DNA of 64,000 nt, taken from Octopus sinensis (Eukaryota). Of the stretch, positions 1-12,487 are shown one piece after another. The notes beneath the pieces were generated by a model. The model was given only the letters and a program-made list of their open reading frames with translations. It did no database searches and was not told the origin of the DNA. A program made the position numbers and the translations under genes. How positions within the stretch are numbered: position 1 is the first letter of the stretch; every line of letters begins with the position of its first letter. The stretch spans positions 36,642,001 to 36,706,000 of the forward strand of contig NC_043007.1 of assembly GCF_006345805.1 (NCBI RefSeq). Direction: 5' to 3'.

Positions 1-499
1 TATTTCTAAAAGTTTGGTGTGTGTGGTAAAGTAAATTATTTTACTGAACCCTAATTATATAATGTAAATATATTTATATATATTTAATTATTAATTTCAC
101 CTATATGGCCTTTACGCTCGCGGCCACTAACGTTATCTTTAGGAATAATATCATTCTTTTATATTTACATGCATACATACACACACACACATATATATTG
201 GAGGGAAAAGGCCAACAAAAACCAAGGCAGGACAAGTATCTCAAGTCATTTAGAATATTTGATTAGAGTAAGGGGAATTTGAGGTAATTAATTAATTGAT
301 TAGTTAATTAATTTAATTATTGGACATCTTACAGTTGTTTCTGGAATATCCCAAGTTAGCATCTTCATACACTGGGAATTCCATCATCATGGACAAGGTG
401 AGTATGAAAGGGAATTCACAGTTTATCAAGGAATAAAATAGTAGATAGAAGAACACAGAAATATATATTCACTTATTATTGAGGAATACATTGGCTCTA

Positions 500-717
500 T
501 TAGGAAGGACTTGTACAAGTCCTACAAGATAGCCCTGACGTCTGCCCTGGATACCATTAACACCAGCCTCTGTAAACTGGTGAACAAACTTGAAGTAGAC
601 AATCACACAGAGCCCTACAACCCAAAAGCTCTGCATTTCAACCTTAAAAACCACAAAGTGGATTTCATAACCAAATCCTCTATAAGGCTCATCTGTTCTA
701 CCAAATTGGACTTATGA
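500..717 (+). pseudogene. Penelope-like element RT N-terminal fragment
   Basis: Translation YKIALTSALDTINTSLCKLVNKLEVDNHTEPYNPKALHFNLKNHKVDFITKSSIRLICSTKLDL resembles the PLE pre-RT pattern (KLxIDDRxE..AFITLKDHKxNF...CRLINPxKSEL) as I recall it; short and degenerate. Confidence 0.55.
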
Positions 718-1399
718 TGAATCAGTAAGAATATACTAGATAATATATAATACCTATAGTTAGAAAAAAATTAGACGTCAATTTATAGTCCTGCACAGTT
801 AAATTTATCACCTAGTTTCACCTTCTTGAAAACAAAAATACTTCCTCATTCTTACAATTTGATATCAACAATTACGACACTTCTATATCTGCTATCTTTA
901 ACAAAGCTCTCATTTATTATTCTGTAAAATAATATTTAATTAGTTTAAATGTACACAAATGCATAAAATTAATTTTTAATTCCATCAGACATTCTAAAAT
1001 ACTATTAAATTTCATTCAAATTTTACAAAAAGGTAAAATCGGACAGAACTTATGGGATGACCTGATACAATACACACAACCACACACTATTATACACACA
1101 AACACACACTCTACACTATAACACACAGACTACACCAGATACTATACTATACTACACATACAAAATACACCAGACAATAGTCTAGACAACACTATTATAT
1201 GCACAATGCACCTCATAGAACCCTACATATACACACATTGTATATTTATTGTACAATATGTATGTTGTGAATAGTGTGTGTGTGTGTGTGTGTGTGTGTG
1301 TTCTATAGTGTAAATCTGCATGTTCTTTAGTGTATGTGTGCTCGGTAGTATCTCTGCACATTGTGAAGGACACTAGAGACACGGAGAAAGTTTTCTTTT

Positions 1400-1830
1400 A
1401 AAACTACAGGAGGGAGGATCCTACCACCTCCACCACTACCATCAGCATACTAAACGGTGCGGGGTGGGGGTGGGGGGTAATGAAGTCAAGACTACAACTG
1501 CAAGTCATGGTGTTATTGATGGTAGAGGTAATTGTTGTGGTGGTGGCAGTGGTAGTGGTGGTGGTGGTGGTGAAGGTGGCAGTGGTGGTACTTGTAGGGC
1601 TATTATTAGTAAGTGTTGGCAGTGGTAGAGGTGATGGTGGTTGTAGTAGTGCTTCTTGTAGTGTTACTGCCGGCAATACTGTTAATTGGTAGTAGGGTGG
1701 TGATGGTGTGGTGGTGGTGGTGGTGGTGATGGTGTGGTGGTGGTGGTGAAAGTGGTGGTGGTGAAAGTGGTGGTGGTGAAAGTGGCAGTGGTACTGCTGC
1801 CACTGTTGCTGCTGCTGCTAGCAGCAGTAG
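1400..1830. repeat. (GGT/GTG)n low-complexity trinucleotide region
   Basis: Runs of gtggtggtg and gtagtg; source of the poly-V, poly-T and poly-P ORFs. Confidence 0.9.
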
Positions 1831-3174
1831 AAAATAAAGAAAGAAGTAAAAGACAAGAGAATACAAGTGCTGCAATCTCAACAATTAAATGGGACATTTT
1901 AAAGAAAGAGTTAATCCCTGTTACATTCAACAGAAACATGCAAGAAAAAGAGTAGCAGGAGGAGGTAATAATAACTGTTACTGATTCAGGTACAAAGGCC
2001 AGCAATTTGGTGGGAAGGGGATTTAGTCAACTACAGTGACCCCAGTATTTGACTGGTACTTTATTTTATTAGTACTTTATTTTATCAACCTTGGAGGAAT
2101 GGCACATAAAATTGTTCCTCAGCAGGATTTGAACTCAGAACTTAACGGGCAGAAATAAAAATTTTACAAAGCATTTTCTTCAGTACTAACAGTTTTTCTG
2201 GGACTAGATGCCTGAGTAATAAAACAGGGCACTTTGAGCAAGGAATTAATCCCTTGCTACATTCCAGGGACCCTATATAGAGAAAGAGAAGTAATAATTT
2301 TTAGAGAGAGACCACCTTTGGTTCTTTAATACAAATTCCCTGTTTGCGATCTAAGTTAAAGTCTTCATCAAAATTTCATTTTAATTTGTGTGCCAAATAC
2401 TAGCTTAATAATTAATTACAAAGTTATTTTACTAAATTCTTCATTATTTTCAAGATTAGTTGACATAAAATGTATTTCAACAGAAAAAGAGTAATAATAA
2501 GTGTTAAGCTGTAGACTGCCTTGGTAAAATCTTACCCCGCTTCTCAGTCAATGCTGACCTCATTGAAAATCACACAGTGCCTGTGTCACTTAGGAACACA
2601 ACCAATTCCACATTCTTCACACCAGAAAATGAAATGAACCAGTCACTCAGCCACAGCCCAAAGAGAAGCTTTAACAAAAGAACAAGACCACAGCAGAAAT
2701 AGTACTATTTTGTAGACACCAAAGAACATGTTACCCAATCATCAAAATTGGAAGAATAAAAAAAATTACCACAACTTCACCCACTGTGACTCTGCATCTC
2801 TTTATAAAAATGGAGCTGAGTCAAATTTGGTAGGGTTATTTTATCCCCTAAATAAACCATCCAACTTGATTTCTTTGGATGTGGTTTCACCAGAATGTCT
2901 TGATAATGAAATGTAACATATCAAACTGAAAGACAATCTTTTGTTAAATTCATCAGAAACTGCAAAAGAGTTTGATTGTAACTGGAAGACAGGTATGTAA
3001 CAGACTATTCTGAAATTTCTATGGTAAAAGCATCAGCCTAAGCAAAGACTGAATAACAATCTTCAAGCAAAGAGATTGTTGCATGCACTTTGCAGGACTA
3101 ATGGAGGGCTAAGCAAAGACTCATTAGTGATACACTCCAATGGACACCTCAACATAGACATTCACTGATTCGAT

Positions 3175-3368
3175 ATAACCACTGTAAAGTGGTTGGCATT
3201 AGGAAGGACAGCCAACAATTGAAACCATGCCAAATCAGACTGGAATCTAGTGCAGCTCTCTGCACTGGAATCTAGTGCATGCCAAATCAGACTGGAATCT
3301 AGCTTGCCAACTCTGGTCAAACTGTCCAACCCATGCCAGCATGGAAAACGGATGTTTAATGACAATGG

Positions 3369-3402
<34 letters not shown>
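3175..3402 (+). mobile_element. RTE-type LINE 3' tail / RTE-tailed SINE ending in (GAT)n
   Basis: tggcattaggaagg...ccaacccatgccagcatggaaaacggatg...(gat)n. The same tail recurs more than 10 times (e.g. ~11300, 30500, 39000, 43900, 46740, 51250, 53410). Confidence 0.7.
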
Positions 3403-3403
<1 letters not shown>

Positions 3404-3955
3404 ACGGCCAACTAGCAAAAAAGACCTTCAACGACCAGCTCAGCATGGACATTATGCTATTGCCCTTCTGACTCCCAGAATGATATGCAGAATCATGATG
3501 GATGGTGTGATTGAGTTAAGCAGATTCTAACTGAGCTCAACTAGATGACAAGATCACATTTTGAATAGTAAACTGGTTCTGCCTCAGTGACAAAATGGGA
3601 TATTTTGAATTTAGGCAGCAAACTGGTAGAGTCTTTAAAACACTGGATACAATGCTCTGCAGTATTTGTTCTGAATCTATATACTCTAAGTTCAAATCCT
3701 GCCAAGATAAATTTTGCCTTTCCTGTATTTTTCTTATTTTTTTAAAAGTGAGGTAAGTCTTGTGCCTCCCATGATTTCAACATACCCTGACTCAGGTGGT
3801 TACATGCTGTTTAACTCATAACTGGGACCTGACAGGTGTTACTACACTAGGTCAGAGTGTGGGTATTACAGACAAAAAAGTAAATTTCAAATGCAAAATA
3901 GCCATGAAAATTTTATGAAATACCCTTAGAAAACAGAAAAAAAGTTGCCAGTAGG

Positions 3956-4026
3956 TGGCTATGGGGATTCGAACCCCATACTCCTCAGATACAAGCTGAG
4001 TGCTCTAGCCATTAAGCTAAACAGCC
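3956..4026 (-). tRNA. tRNA-Thr(TGT)-like pseudogene or SINE head
   Basis: Minus strand: D stem GCTT/GAGC, anticodon arm CTCAG-CTTGTAT-CTGAG, T arm TGGGG-TTCGAAT-CCCCA. The acceptor stem is about 2 nt short on its 3' side. Confidence 0.5.
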
Positions 4027-5363
4027 TCTGACAACAATTACCATCAGTATACTGTCAATAATAGCTTTGGAGACGTTAAATGTGTTGGTATTTTACAAAC
4101 AAGAAAGTAAATCTCAAATGCAGTAGATCTGTAAAAACAGCAGGGAAAGATTAGGTATTTACCCTTAGAAGATTAAGTAAGAAGATTAAAGAGTAACTCC
4201 TTAGCCGGGAGCAATAGCAGAAGATACTTGCCCAAGGTGACACACAGTGGAACTGAACCTGAAACCATGTCATTGGGAAGCAAGCTTCTTACCATACAGC
4301 CATGCTTGTGCCTGTACATTATATTTATTCATGCACGCATAAATACATACATACATTAACTTTTATATATTAAGATTTCTCGTCACAAATCAGGCCATGC
4401 CACTACAATAACAACTACAATAATAATAATAATAATAATAATAATTATTATTATTTAATAAAAACATCATATGTAGTATAGAAAACGATCGCGATATATT
4501 TACACTTAGCAAAATCATGAAAATTTAATGAAGTGGAAGCCTGAGTGAATGAGCGAGTAAGAGAAACAAAACCATTCCAATTAATAATTTAGTCAACTTA
4601 ATAATTTTGTTGTAACACAATCGTCAGTGAAACCTCTAAAGATTATATTACAAAATGTTAACATAGAAAGTTATTATATTTATATAATTATAACATTAGG
4701 AATGTCAAGCAAAAGTCATAAAATACCATATCCAATCTGTGTGATGCAGGCTGTTCTTCATAAATCAAGATCAATCACTCATCTTCATCCAATACAATTG
4801 TCGTTATTTAATCCCAGGTCAAATTCTGATCAAGAAGACCCTTAAATTGAAAGTGTTCCAATCATGACCATCCCATCCTTTTCTTATGTACAGGGAGCTC
4901 AGAATCACACTGTCTCACATGTTCTTTCTTAAATTTGGTACAGTGTGATTTGAGGGAATTACTGCCACCCATAAGTGTTCATCTTCTCTCTCTCTCTGTC
5001 TCTCTCTTTCTCTCTCTCTCTTTCTCTCTTCCTCTTAATGACTTTTCCATCCATCACTTTTACTCAAAACACTATGTTTTTGCTCAAAAACACAATGCAT
5101 TGTCTGATCCGGGAATTGAAACCACAATCTTAGGATCAGGAGGCCAACACCCTAACCACTACTCATGTGCCTCCACTAAATATTATACTGTTATTTTTGT
5201 TTTATTTTTAAGAATATACTAAATTCATATCACTATAAATATATATGTTTATATTCATTATAGCAAGCAACAGATGCACATCGTCGTTTCATGCTATGCA
5301 ACAACTTGCCAATGTCTTGTGAGTACAATTTGTAGATGGTAGCTGCATGGAAGCTCACCATGT

Positions 5364-5400
<37 letters not shown>

Positions 5401-5719
5401 AAGCGTGTGTGTGTGTGCAAGCGTGTGTGTGTAGGAAAGTGCATGCCTTTGCATGTATGCGTAAATGTAGGCATATGTGGTTTCACATTTCACGTTATTA
5501 TTTAACTGGTGTAAAGCAACAACTTGACGGAATCATTAGCACCCTGGACAAAACGGTGAGCAGCATTTCATTCATCTTTACGTTCTGAGTTCAAATTCCA
5601 CTGAGGTTCACTTTGTCTTTCATCCTCTCAGGGTCGATAAAATAAGTGGCTCCATATATAACTGACTTGTAGGAGACTTATATAATTGACAAAATAAGAG
5701 TGGGGTCATAATATATCTA

Positions 5720-6083
5720 TCTATATATATAAAGCTGAAGTTGTCTGTGTGTGGCAGGTTTTGGTAGCCTTCAACTAACACTATCTCCTCCTAGACCCTG
5801 CGGCGAAAGTTGACCAAAATTGAGAGTATGATAGAAGAAGGCTTGTTCTTCATTCCGTAGAAGAAAAAATTCAAATCGGACCAAGTCAAGATCAAAAATT
5901 ATTTACATCAAAAAGGTGCTTTTTTTTCTATGAAAATCCCTATTTTTTTACGATTTTTTGACTTCTGTGTTGCCATTTTTCAGTGTATTTCAACCAGAAA
6001 AATGTTCACTTAAAGAGAATAACAAGCTACATAATGCAAAATTTTTACTTTTCAAAAATTCCAATTCTAAAGGGTCGAAACAA
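5720..6083 (+). mobile_element. Non-autonomous Helitron-like element, family A (3'-truncated)
   Basis: 5' TCTATATATATAAAGCTGAAG start; body matches the copies at 12488, 49906 and 57322; the CTAG terminus is missing. Confidence 0.65.
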
Positions 6084-6499
6084 GGGTAGTAATTGATAAA
6101 ATAAGAGTGGGGACATATATAATTGATAAAATAAGTGGGTTCATATATAATTGAACACTGGGGTCCATACATAATTGAATGCTGGGGCCCATATATAATT
6201 GACTTACCCACTCACTGAAATTGCTGGCCTTGTGCCAAAATTTGAAATCATTATTTAACTGATGATTCAAACACAAATTAACATGAAATGGGGATGGACA
6301 GTTTTAATACAGATCACTTCAAGGCAGGAAGTTTGTATCATGGAACCAGATCTAGTTTAATGCAGGTTGCTATCAAAAGGTTTAATTCCCAAGCTAACAA
6401 AGAAATCTCTAAATGGTTCTTTACTCTGCTAGGAACATTAGCTAAATCTTCTTCAAATTGCACACCTTACGTCAAACACTGTGGAAAGAACCCTCAAAT

Positions 6500-6712
6500 G
6501 TGACATGACAAGCTCTTGACTGGAACCCGCAGGGGAAAAGGAAGTGAGGATGCCCGAAGCAGACATGGAAGCAGAGCATTTTGGATGAGCTCAGGACCAC
6601 CGGCCTGACATGGGAAGCAGCCAAGAAACATGCCAATGATCACAAAAAGTGGAAAACAACTGTTGAGGCCCTATGCTCAAGAAGGGGCAAAAAGGATTAA
6701 GAAGAAGAAGAA
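6500..6712 (+). mobile_element. RTE-clade LINE 3' end
   Basis: Translates as WNPQGKRK*GCPKQTWKQSILDELRTTGLTWEAAKKHANDHKKWKTTVEALCSRRGKKD*, followed by an (AAG)n tail. Confidence 0.7.
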
Positions 6713-7627
6713 TGTCTTAAAATGGAAGAAAACATTTGATGATGCACTCCTTGATAGACTATGTTTGGAATAGATGCCAGATTGACAGATATGGATGGTC
6801 TTTGATCATAAGTTAACTCAATATCAGTGCTGACCTGGAACTAAACAACAATAAGTACATTTCCTCACTCCAGGACAATACTGTTTCAAATCTAATCCCT
6901 TGTCTGTTGAGGTCTGTTGGAATAGTAAACGATCTTCAGCTTTTCCACAAAGAAAGAGAAGTGGTGAGAGACTTGTGTCTAGCAGAGAAGAGTAAGTAAT
7001 AGAGAGAGGGAGAGAGTGTATGTGTGTGCCAGTATGAAGAGAGTATATGTACATGTCAGAGTGTTTTAGTGTGTATGTGTGAGAGAGAAAGACAGATAGA
7101 TAGACAGACAATGCATTCATAGTTGCTCTTGTTAGAAGATCATGAGGCAGAAGTAGAGGGAAAAAATTAGAGACCAAGGAAATGAGCGATGGCTTTTATC
7201 AGCATGTATTAACCCTTTTAATACTAACCTGTCCAAAACCGGTTCTATGACAGAAGCTTCCTGTTTTAATCAGATCTAAATGAAAACTTTCCACCATTCA
7301 GACACCAGCTTAATAAGAACAAAGTGATTTTACTAAGTTCTACATTCTTTTCAAAATAGAACTGAAACAAAAATTCATAATAACAAATGCACAAGGCTTC
7401 ACCATTCAGTGGGGCAGGATTTCAATTACAATAATCCCAGGGTTTTCACTTATACTTGATTTTATCAATTCCAGAAGGATAAACAACAAAGCTGGTCTCA
7501 AAGATATTTGAACTCAGAATGCAAAGAACTACAACTAAACACCTCAAAGCATTAGGTATAGAGACTTGATGAACCTACAAATCCAATACCCTTGCCAATG
7601 CATTGTGGATGGATGTTTTCCAGCTCT

Positions 7628-8202
7628 TAATCCTTTAGCATTCAGATGACATTAAGTGTAGTGCTTATTTATTCTTGTAAAGGCGCATGGCTCAGTGGTT
7701 AGAGCGTCGAGCTTAAAATCGTGAGTTGTGAGTTTGAATCCCAGACCGGGCTGCATGTTGTGTTCTTGAGCAAGACACTTTATTTCATGTTGCTCCAGTT
7801 CACTTAGCTGTAGAAATGAGTTGCGACGCCACAGGTGCTAAGCTGTATTGGCCTTTGCCTTTCCCTTGGATAACACTGGTGGTGTGGAGAGGGGAGGCCG
7901 ATATGCCTGGGCAACTACTGGTCTTCCATAAACAACTTTGCCTAGACTTGTGCCTGGGAGGGTAACTTTCTAGGTGCAATCCCAAGGTCAGTCATGACTG
8001 AAGGTGGGGGTCTCAAGTATTTATTCTTATTGTTTTAAATCAATCATGCATTATCCTGTAGCTGAAATTTCAGTGATGTGATTGTTTATTTTTAGAATGG
8101 CATTATAGGATAGGTGTGAGAGGCTGAATCCAGTCAGCCTGAATATAAAACAGGTAGAATATTTTGGGACAGTTATGGCCAGTTTAAATGTCAAAGGGCT
8201 AA
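7628..8202. mobile_element. TTAA-type (piggyBac-like) MITE interrupted by a SINE
   Basis: Ends ttaatcctttagcattc...tgtcaaagggctaa; the body is the reverse complement of the 46438 MITE. Confidence 0.5.
7680..8017 (+). mobile_element. tRNA-derived SINE with target-site duplication
   Basis: A box TGGCTCAGTGG, B-box-like GAGTTTGAATCC, core ttcttgagcaagacactt; 11-bp TSD tatttattctt at 7666-7676 and 8018-8028. Confidence 0.75.
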
Positions 8203-8300
8203 CATAGTAGATAGGTAATTTCTTTGAAGAAAAGGTTTGGAATACAGTTCTATATTTAAAAGATAAGGAATTATGTTCATTATTTACATTCAACAGATAA

Positions 8301-8724
8301 TTGTCCTCATCTTGTTTGTTGTTAACACAATTTTCGGCTGATATACCCTCCAGCCTTCTTCAGGTGTCTAGGGGAAATTTCGAACCTGGGTTCTCATTCC
8401 TAAGGTATTTTTCGATGTTAGTAGTAGTAGTAGTAGTAGTAGTAGTATTGTTATTGTTCAGGTCACTGCTTGGAATCGAACTCAGAATCTTGGGGTTAGT
8501 AGCCCGCGCTCTTAACCACTACACCATATGCCCAAGATTCCGAGTTTGATTCCAAGCAGTGACCTGAACAATAACAATTATGATCATAATAATAATAATA
8601 ATATTGAAAAATACCTTAGGAATGAGAACCCAGGTTCAAAATTTCCCTAAGACACCTGAAGAAGGCTGGAGGGTATATCAGCTGAAATGTTGTGTTGTGT
8701 TAACAACAAACAAGATGAGGACAA
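8301..8724. mobile_element. Head-to-head inverted pair of a tRNA-headed short element with a hammerhead-like tail
   Basis: Arms 8301-8494 and 8531-8724 are reverse complements. The minus copy is full length (A box 8516-8526, B box 8472-8481); the plus copy is 5'-truncated. Confidence 0.75.
8651..8696 (+). ncRNA. Minimal type-I hammerhead ribozyme-like motif
   Basis: GACAC-CTGAAGA-A-GGCTG(loop)CAGCT-GAAA-TGTT-GTGTT. The mirror copy at 8324-8368 (minus) has CAGCC-GAAA. Inferred consensus stem III is GAAACGTT. Confidence 0.55.
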
Positions 8725-9188
8725 ACATCCATCGAATTAAATATAATGTAAAAGGTTTGGAAGTTTGTCATTGTAAAATCATAAGTTTGTCTGTTTCAGC
8801 ACAGAGTTAACTTCAAACTAAACAGCAATAAAAATTACATTTTCTTGCCTTACTAAACAATGAAACACTATGACTGAAAGTAAAAAGATGGGATGGTCAC
8901 AGCTGGAACACCTTTGGTCTCTTAATTTCTTGTTAATTATGTTTCATCAACAACAGCAACACATACCTTGTTGTTTCTCCTGTTTCATTTAAATAAAGGA
9001 TAGGGTAGAAATACAAACTCAGCCCAGTATTTGACAAAAACACTTCATTTTATTGATGGTTGAAAGGCAAGAACTGATCCCAGTGGCATTTGAACTCAGA
9101 ACATAAAGGACCGAAACTAAACACCGATGGGAATTTTGCCTGACACTCGAATGAATTTGCCAATTCATCGCCATATCTTAAACCATTA

Positions 9189-9243
<55 letters not shown>

Positions 9244-10637
9244 ATATATATATAGCTCCCTTTTACTTTATTTAGATTTCATATCAGAAACTTAAGGCCT
9301 ATACACCAACTGAAAGGAAATCAATCTTATATAATGGTGTATGTGTCTGCTACTGTGGTGGTGGTGGGTGGTGGTTGTAGTTGTGTTTCTATTTCTTGTG
9401 TTTAAGTGTATACAAAAGAGACTGCATGCAAACAGCAGACTAAGAAATGGGCATACACATACACACACACCACATGGCCACATGTATGGGTGGATAGAAC
9501 AAAAAGAAGAAATAGGAAAGTAGAACTCGATATACGAGAATATATACTATATTATTATTATTATTATTATTAGTCATCGGCAGGATGTTACAAAAGTGAC
9601 CCAAGGGACAAGAGTTTTGTGCATACACAAACACACACACATGCACACACACAAAGGTACAGGCATAGCTGGGTGGTTACAAGTTTGCTTCCCAACAACA
9701 TGGCTCTAGGTTTGATCTATAACCTCGGGCCAACCAAAGCCTTAGGAGTAGATTTGGTAGATGGAAACTGAAAGCCCCTCATCATTTAATATTTGCTTTC
9801 CATGCTGGCATGGGTTAGCCAACATGGATAGTTCAGGCAAGCTTGAGAGCTGCACCAGGTTCCGATCATATGTTTTGGCATGGTTTCTATGGCTGGATGC
9901 CCTTCCTAAAACCAACCACTTTCTAAACTGTAAGGGGTGCTTTTTACATGGTACCAGCACAAGCACTTATTACATGGTACCAGCACATGTATATATTTAT
10001 GTATGCATGTCTTTGTGTTTGCCACCCAGCACTGCTTGACATGTAGTTTGGCAAAAGAGACTGATAGAATAAGCACCAGATTTTTTTTTAAAATGGATCT
10101 TTTCAGTTTGAATGGCAGTTTTTAATATAATTTCTAGGTAACTAAAAAATTTTAAACTTCGTATACTGGTAGAATGTGTTTATAAAACATCTTTTTCTCT
10201 TGGCTTTATTAAGAAAATTCTATAGTTTGTAAGATATTTGGTCTTTAATTTCTTCAATTTCTGCAATTTCAACAATTCACTGGCGTCTATTGAGTTAAAA
10301 AGCATTCTGTGCCGTATGAATATGTCCCTCGTTTAAGAAACAGATTGGGTTTATTTACATTTGTGAAGAAAAAAAGATACCCTTCCCCCCATCCCTAACC
10401 CTAACTAACCCTAAATCTAAAATAGATTGAAATGCAATAGATCGATACTAGGGTCATAATTATGGGTGACAATTTCATATGACACCGCTTGAAAAATAAG
10501 TGCTGGGGTTAATTTGTTCAATTAAACCCTTCAAAGCAGTGCCCAAACATGGCCACTGTCCAATGACTAAAATAGGCAAAAGATAAAAGATGTCATCATC
10601 TGTTATATATATAACAGATGATGACATCTTATATAAC

Positions 10638-10824
10638 AGGCGCAGAAGTGGCTGTGTGGTGAGTAGCTTGTTTACCATCCACATGGTTCTGGGTTCATTC
10701 CCACTGCGTGGCACCTTGGGCAAGTGTCTTCTGCTATAGCCTCGGGCCGACCAAAGCCTTGTGAGTCGATTTGCTAGACGGAAACTGAAAGAAGCTCGTC
10801 GTGTATATATATATATATATATAG

Positions 10825-10872
<48 letters not shown>

Positions 10873-11282
10873 ATCCAAACAAGAAAGCACAAAAAAACAC
10901 AACAACGCGAGGACGTGGAACAAATATAGTATTATTGGATGCTCAGGAAAGAAGGAGGGTTTAACGTTTCGAGTGGAGCTCTTCGTCGGAAACATAGGAG
11001 AAGGAAAGATCCAGAGAAGGGAAGACAGAGGGAAAAAAATCGCCAACGGTACATACGAGGTCACGTGTATATATGTTTGTGTGTCTGTTTGTCCTCCCAA
11101 CATCGCTTGACAACCGATGGTAGTGTGTTTACGTCCCCGTAACTTAGCGGTTCGGCAGAAGAGACCAATAGAATGACTACTAGGCTTCCAAAGAATAAGT
11201 CCTGGGGTTGATTTGCCCGAGTAAAAGGCGGTGCTCCAGCATGGCCGCAGTCAAATGAATAAAACGAGTAAAGAGTAAAGAG
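10638..11282 (+). mobile_element. Bipartite tRNA-derived SINE (family S1) with internal (TA)n
   Basis: Head ggcgcagaagtggctgtgtgg, MIR/CORE-like accttgggcaagtgtctt, (TA)n spacer, 3' half ending gtaaagag. About 20 full or partial copies occur in the window. Confidence 0.8.
10959..10993 (-). ncRNA. Minimal hammerhead-like motif (CCGACGA core variant)
   Basis: Minus strand: GTTT-CCGACGA-A-GAG(ctcca)CTC-GAAACGTT-AAAC. Stems I and II pair, and stem III is the palindrome AACGTT. Confidence 0.55.
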
Positions 11283-11974
11283 TATATATATATATATATT
11301 TGCCAGCTCTGTCTGGCACCTGTGCGGGTGGCACGTAAAAAGCACCCACTACACTCACGGAGTGGTTGGCGTTAGGAAGGGCATCCAGCCGTAGAAACAC
11401 TGCCAGATCTGACTGGGCCTGATGAAGCCTTCCAGCTTCACAGACCCCTGTTGAACCGTCCAACCCATGCTAGCATGGAGAACGGACACTAAATGATGAT
11501 GATGATATATATATATATATTACAGGGGCATATATTCTGGGTGTGTTAGGTGTGCGCTGCACACCCACGGTAAATGGAAAATTCATTATAAGTATTAACC
11601 TTACTCATTAGTTTAATCACAAATCTTAATGGAAAACTTTTGTTATACACTTGCTTAAAATTTGGTGGCATTGGGTGTGGCAGCAGACCCAATACAACAA
11701 CCACCATATGCCATATATTCTTCAGGATGATAAGATACTCAGGAACATAGCCAGGCTGCTTACAATAAAGAACTCACACAACTGAGTGTCAGCAGCAAGT
11801 CCAACAAAATAAATCACACCACAGATAGTTCCTGAAGAGTGTTGTTGTGAAACAAAATATATTTTATCACACTGCAGTTATAGATTAAACATGTGTACAT
11901 GCACGCACACATATGGCATAACTACAGTTTGCTGCCCCACTGCCAAATTTGTTTTGTCATAACTTTATTAATAA

Positions 11975-12487
11975 CTAGCAGTATCGCCCGGCGTTGCTCG
12001 GGTTTGTAAGGGAAATAACTATATAAGCATTTTTAGAGAGTTACTTCCCTTATAGATGCCAATTCGGGCTTTCTTAGCCATTTCTGTTTTGGTGTCTTCA
12101 AGCCATGAAGTCGTTGTTCTAAAAGAACGCTGGTCTCCTTGACAACGCTTTACGACGTTGATTTCCTTACACTCCCTTCGCCACAGCTTCACGAGGGAGG
12201 GAAGAAGGGGGAGAAGCAAACAGGTGCAGGTGTGACCATGGACGCCAACTCCGCCGCCATCGACACACGAAAAATTATGCATTAAAATGGAATAAAAAAT
12301 GATGTTAAATTATTTTTAAAATCGTAGACTCATCGTAGACGCGCGCTAATACTCAGACGGGCTCGATATGAATCACGACTATAAGATACCCGAATTTGGT
12401 TAAACTGCACCGCAAAATGTGGGAGTAGTTAGGAATCTAAATCGAAGGGGACAGACACTCACACAACTACAGTTTTATATATATAGA
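11975..12487 (-). mobile_element. Non-autonomous Helitron-like element, family B
   Basis: 5' TCTATATATATAAAACTG; 3' CCCGAGCAACGCCGGG hairpin followed by CGATACTGCTAG; second copy at 25275. Confidence 0.75.

Noticed and set aside
2716-2995. Candidate host exon (tttgtag acceptor, gacag/gtatgt donor)
   Set aside because: Every frame between the sites contains a stop and no protein similarity is recognisable.
10393-10414. CCCTAA telomere-like repeats
   Set aside because: Only about three imperfect units inside an interspersed repeat; too short to call an interstitial telomere.
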